Assembly: GCA_963695545.1 (NCBI GenBank)
Contig: OY968796.1
Location: 1,888,001 to 1,952,000 of the forward strand
Reading direction: 5' to 3'
DNA from: Terriglobia bacterium
Lineage (GTDB): Bacteria > Acidobacteriota > Terriglobia > Acidiferrales > UBA7541
DNA length: 64,000 bases
A program made the position numbers and the translations under genes. Shown here in pieces: positions 63,168 to 64,000 of this stretch (the first letter of the stretch is position 1; each line of letters begins with the position of its first letter). The notes under the pieces were generated by a model. That model saw only the letters and a program-made list of their open reading frames with translations, had not been told where the DNA came from and made no database searches.

Positions 63168-64000
63168 TCATCGCCCATTGATCCGCAAATCGCCGCCGGT
63201 CATTTCCGTCGGCTTCGGCACGCCGAGGACGCCGAGCAGCGTGGGCGCGATATCGCGCAAAGAGCCGCCGGGGCGCAGACCGGATGCGCCGTCGTCGGAG
63301 AGCAGCACGAACGGAACTGGATTCGTGGTGTGATAAGTGTGCGCGCCGCCGGTGACCGGATCGATCATGGTTTCGGCGTTGCCGTGATCGGCGGTGATGA
63401 TCCACGCGCCGCCGCGCGGCTTGAGCGATTGATAGATGCGGCCGAGGCCTTCGTCCACGGCTTCGACGGCTTTGATGGTGGGCTCGAGTTTACCGGAGTG
63501 GCCGACCATATCGGCGTTGGCATAATTCATGATGATGGCGTCGAAGTCGCCCTTTTCGATGGCTTTGATCACGGCGTCGGTGATGCCGGCGGCGCTCATC
63601 TCGGGTTTCAAATCGTAGGTGGCAACTTTCTGCGACGGCACGAGCACGCGTTCTTCGCCGGGAAACGGTTTTTCCACGCCGCCATTGAAAAAATATGTGA
63701 CGTGCGCGTATTTTTCGGTTTCGGCCACGCGCAAATTGCGGAACTCGAGGCCCGCGAAAACGTTCGCGAGAATCTGCTCGAGTTTTTCGGGGCTGAGCAC
63801 GTGTTGCAGCCAGGGCCACTTTTTGTCGTATTGCGTCATGCCCACGTAGAAGAGTTTGGTGGGACGCGCGGGGTCGGCGAAATCGTGGAAGTCCGGCTCG
63901 GCGAGCGCGCGCGTCATCTGGCGGGCGCGATCGGCGCGGAAATTGAAAAAAATCACGGCGTCTTCGTCGCGAATCGGGCCAACGGCGGGCGCCGCGGCTC
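63168..64000 (-). CDS. gpmI: 2,3-bisphosphoglycerate-independent phosphoglycerate mutase (5' part outside the window)
   Basis: [37 protein letters not shown]. Confidence 0.95.
   Translation of the reverse strand, partial: AAAPAVGPIRDEDAVIFFNFRADRARQMTRALAEPDFHDFADPARPTKLFYVGMTQYDKKWPWLQHVLSPEKLEQILANVFAGLEFRNLRVAETEKYAHVTYFFNGGVEKPFPGEERVLVPSQKVATYDLKPEMSAAGITDAVIKAIEKGDFDAIIMNYANADMVGHSGKLEPTIKAVEAVDEGLGRIYQSLKPRGGAWIITADHGNAETMIDPVTGGAHTYHTTNPVPFVLLSDDGASGLRPGGSLRDIAPTLLGVLGVPKPTEMTGGDLRINGR

Overview
GC-rich bacterial chromosomal window, most likely Acidobacteriota (inferred from gene content such as the acidobacterial-type VWA protein, a DUF3857 pair and several DinB/YfiT-family genes). 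It is mostly housekeeping DNA with about 60 CDS: htrA-like protease, queG, sodA, murJ, lon, CCA-adding enzyme, dinB, prmC, prfA, comM-like ATPase, dtd, mutM, nuoB, thiC, PFK, serA, pyk and partial gpmI. I found no rRNA, tRNA, CRISPR array, transposase or integrase. The most unusual signal is non-coding. Two diverged copies (26555-26823 on -, 38564-38916 on +) of an AT-rich 270-350 bp intergenic element conserve a palindromic operator, an identically spaced sigma70-like promoter, the 5' end of the predicted transcript, IHF-like modules and a terminal GGGG-N-CCCC palindrome. It is a candidate undescribed ncRNA or miniature mobile element family. Also notable: a tetraether-synthase (Tes/GDGT-MAS)-like radical SAM enzyme that lacks one auxiliary cluster motif, a lineage-specific candidate SOS box, an atypical CLC under MarR control, and an active/inactive transglutaminase-like pair. 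All calls come from manual motif reading; no searches were run.
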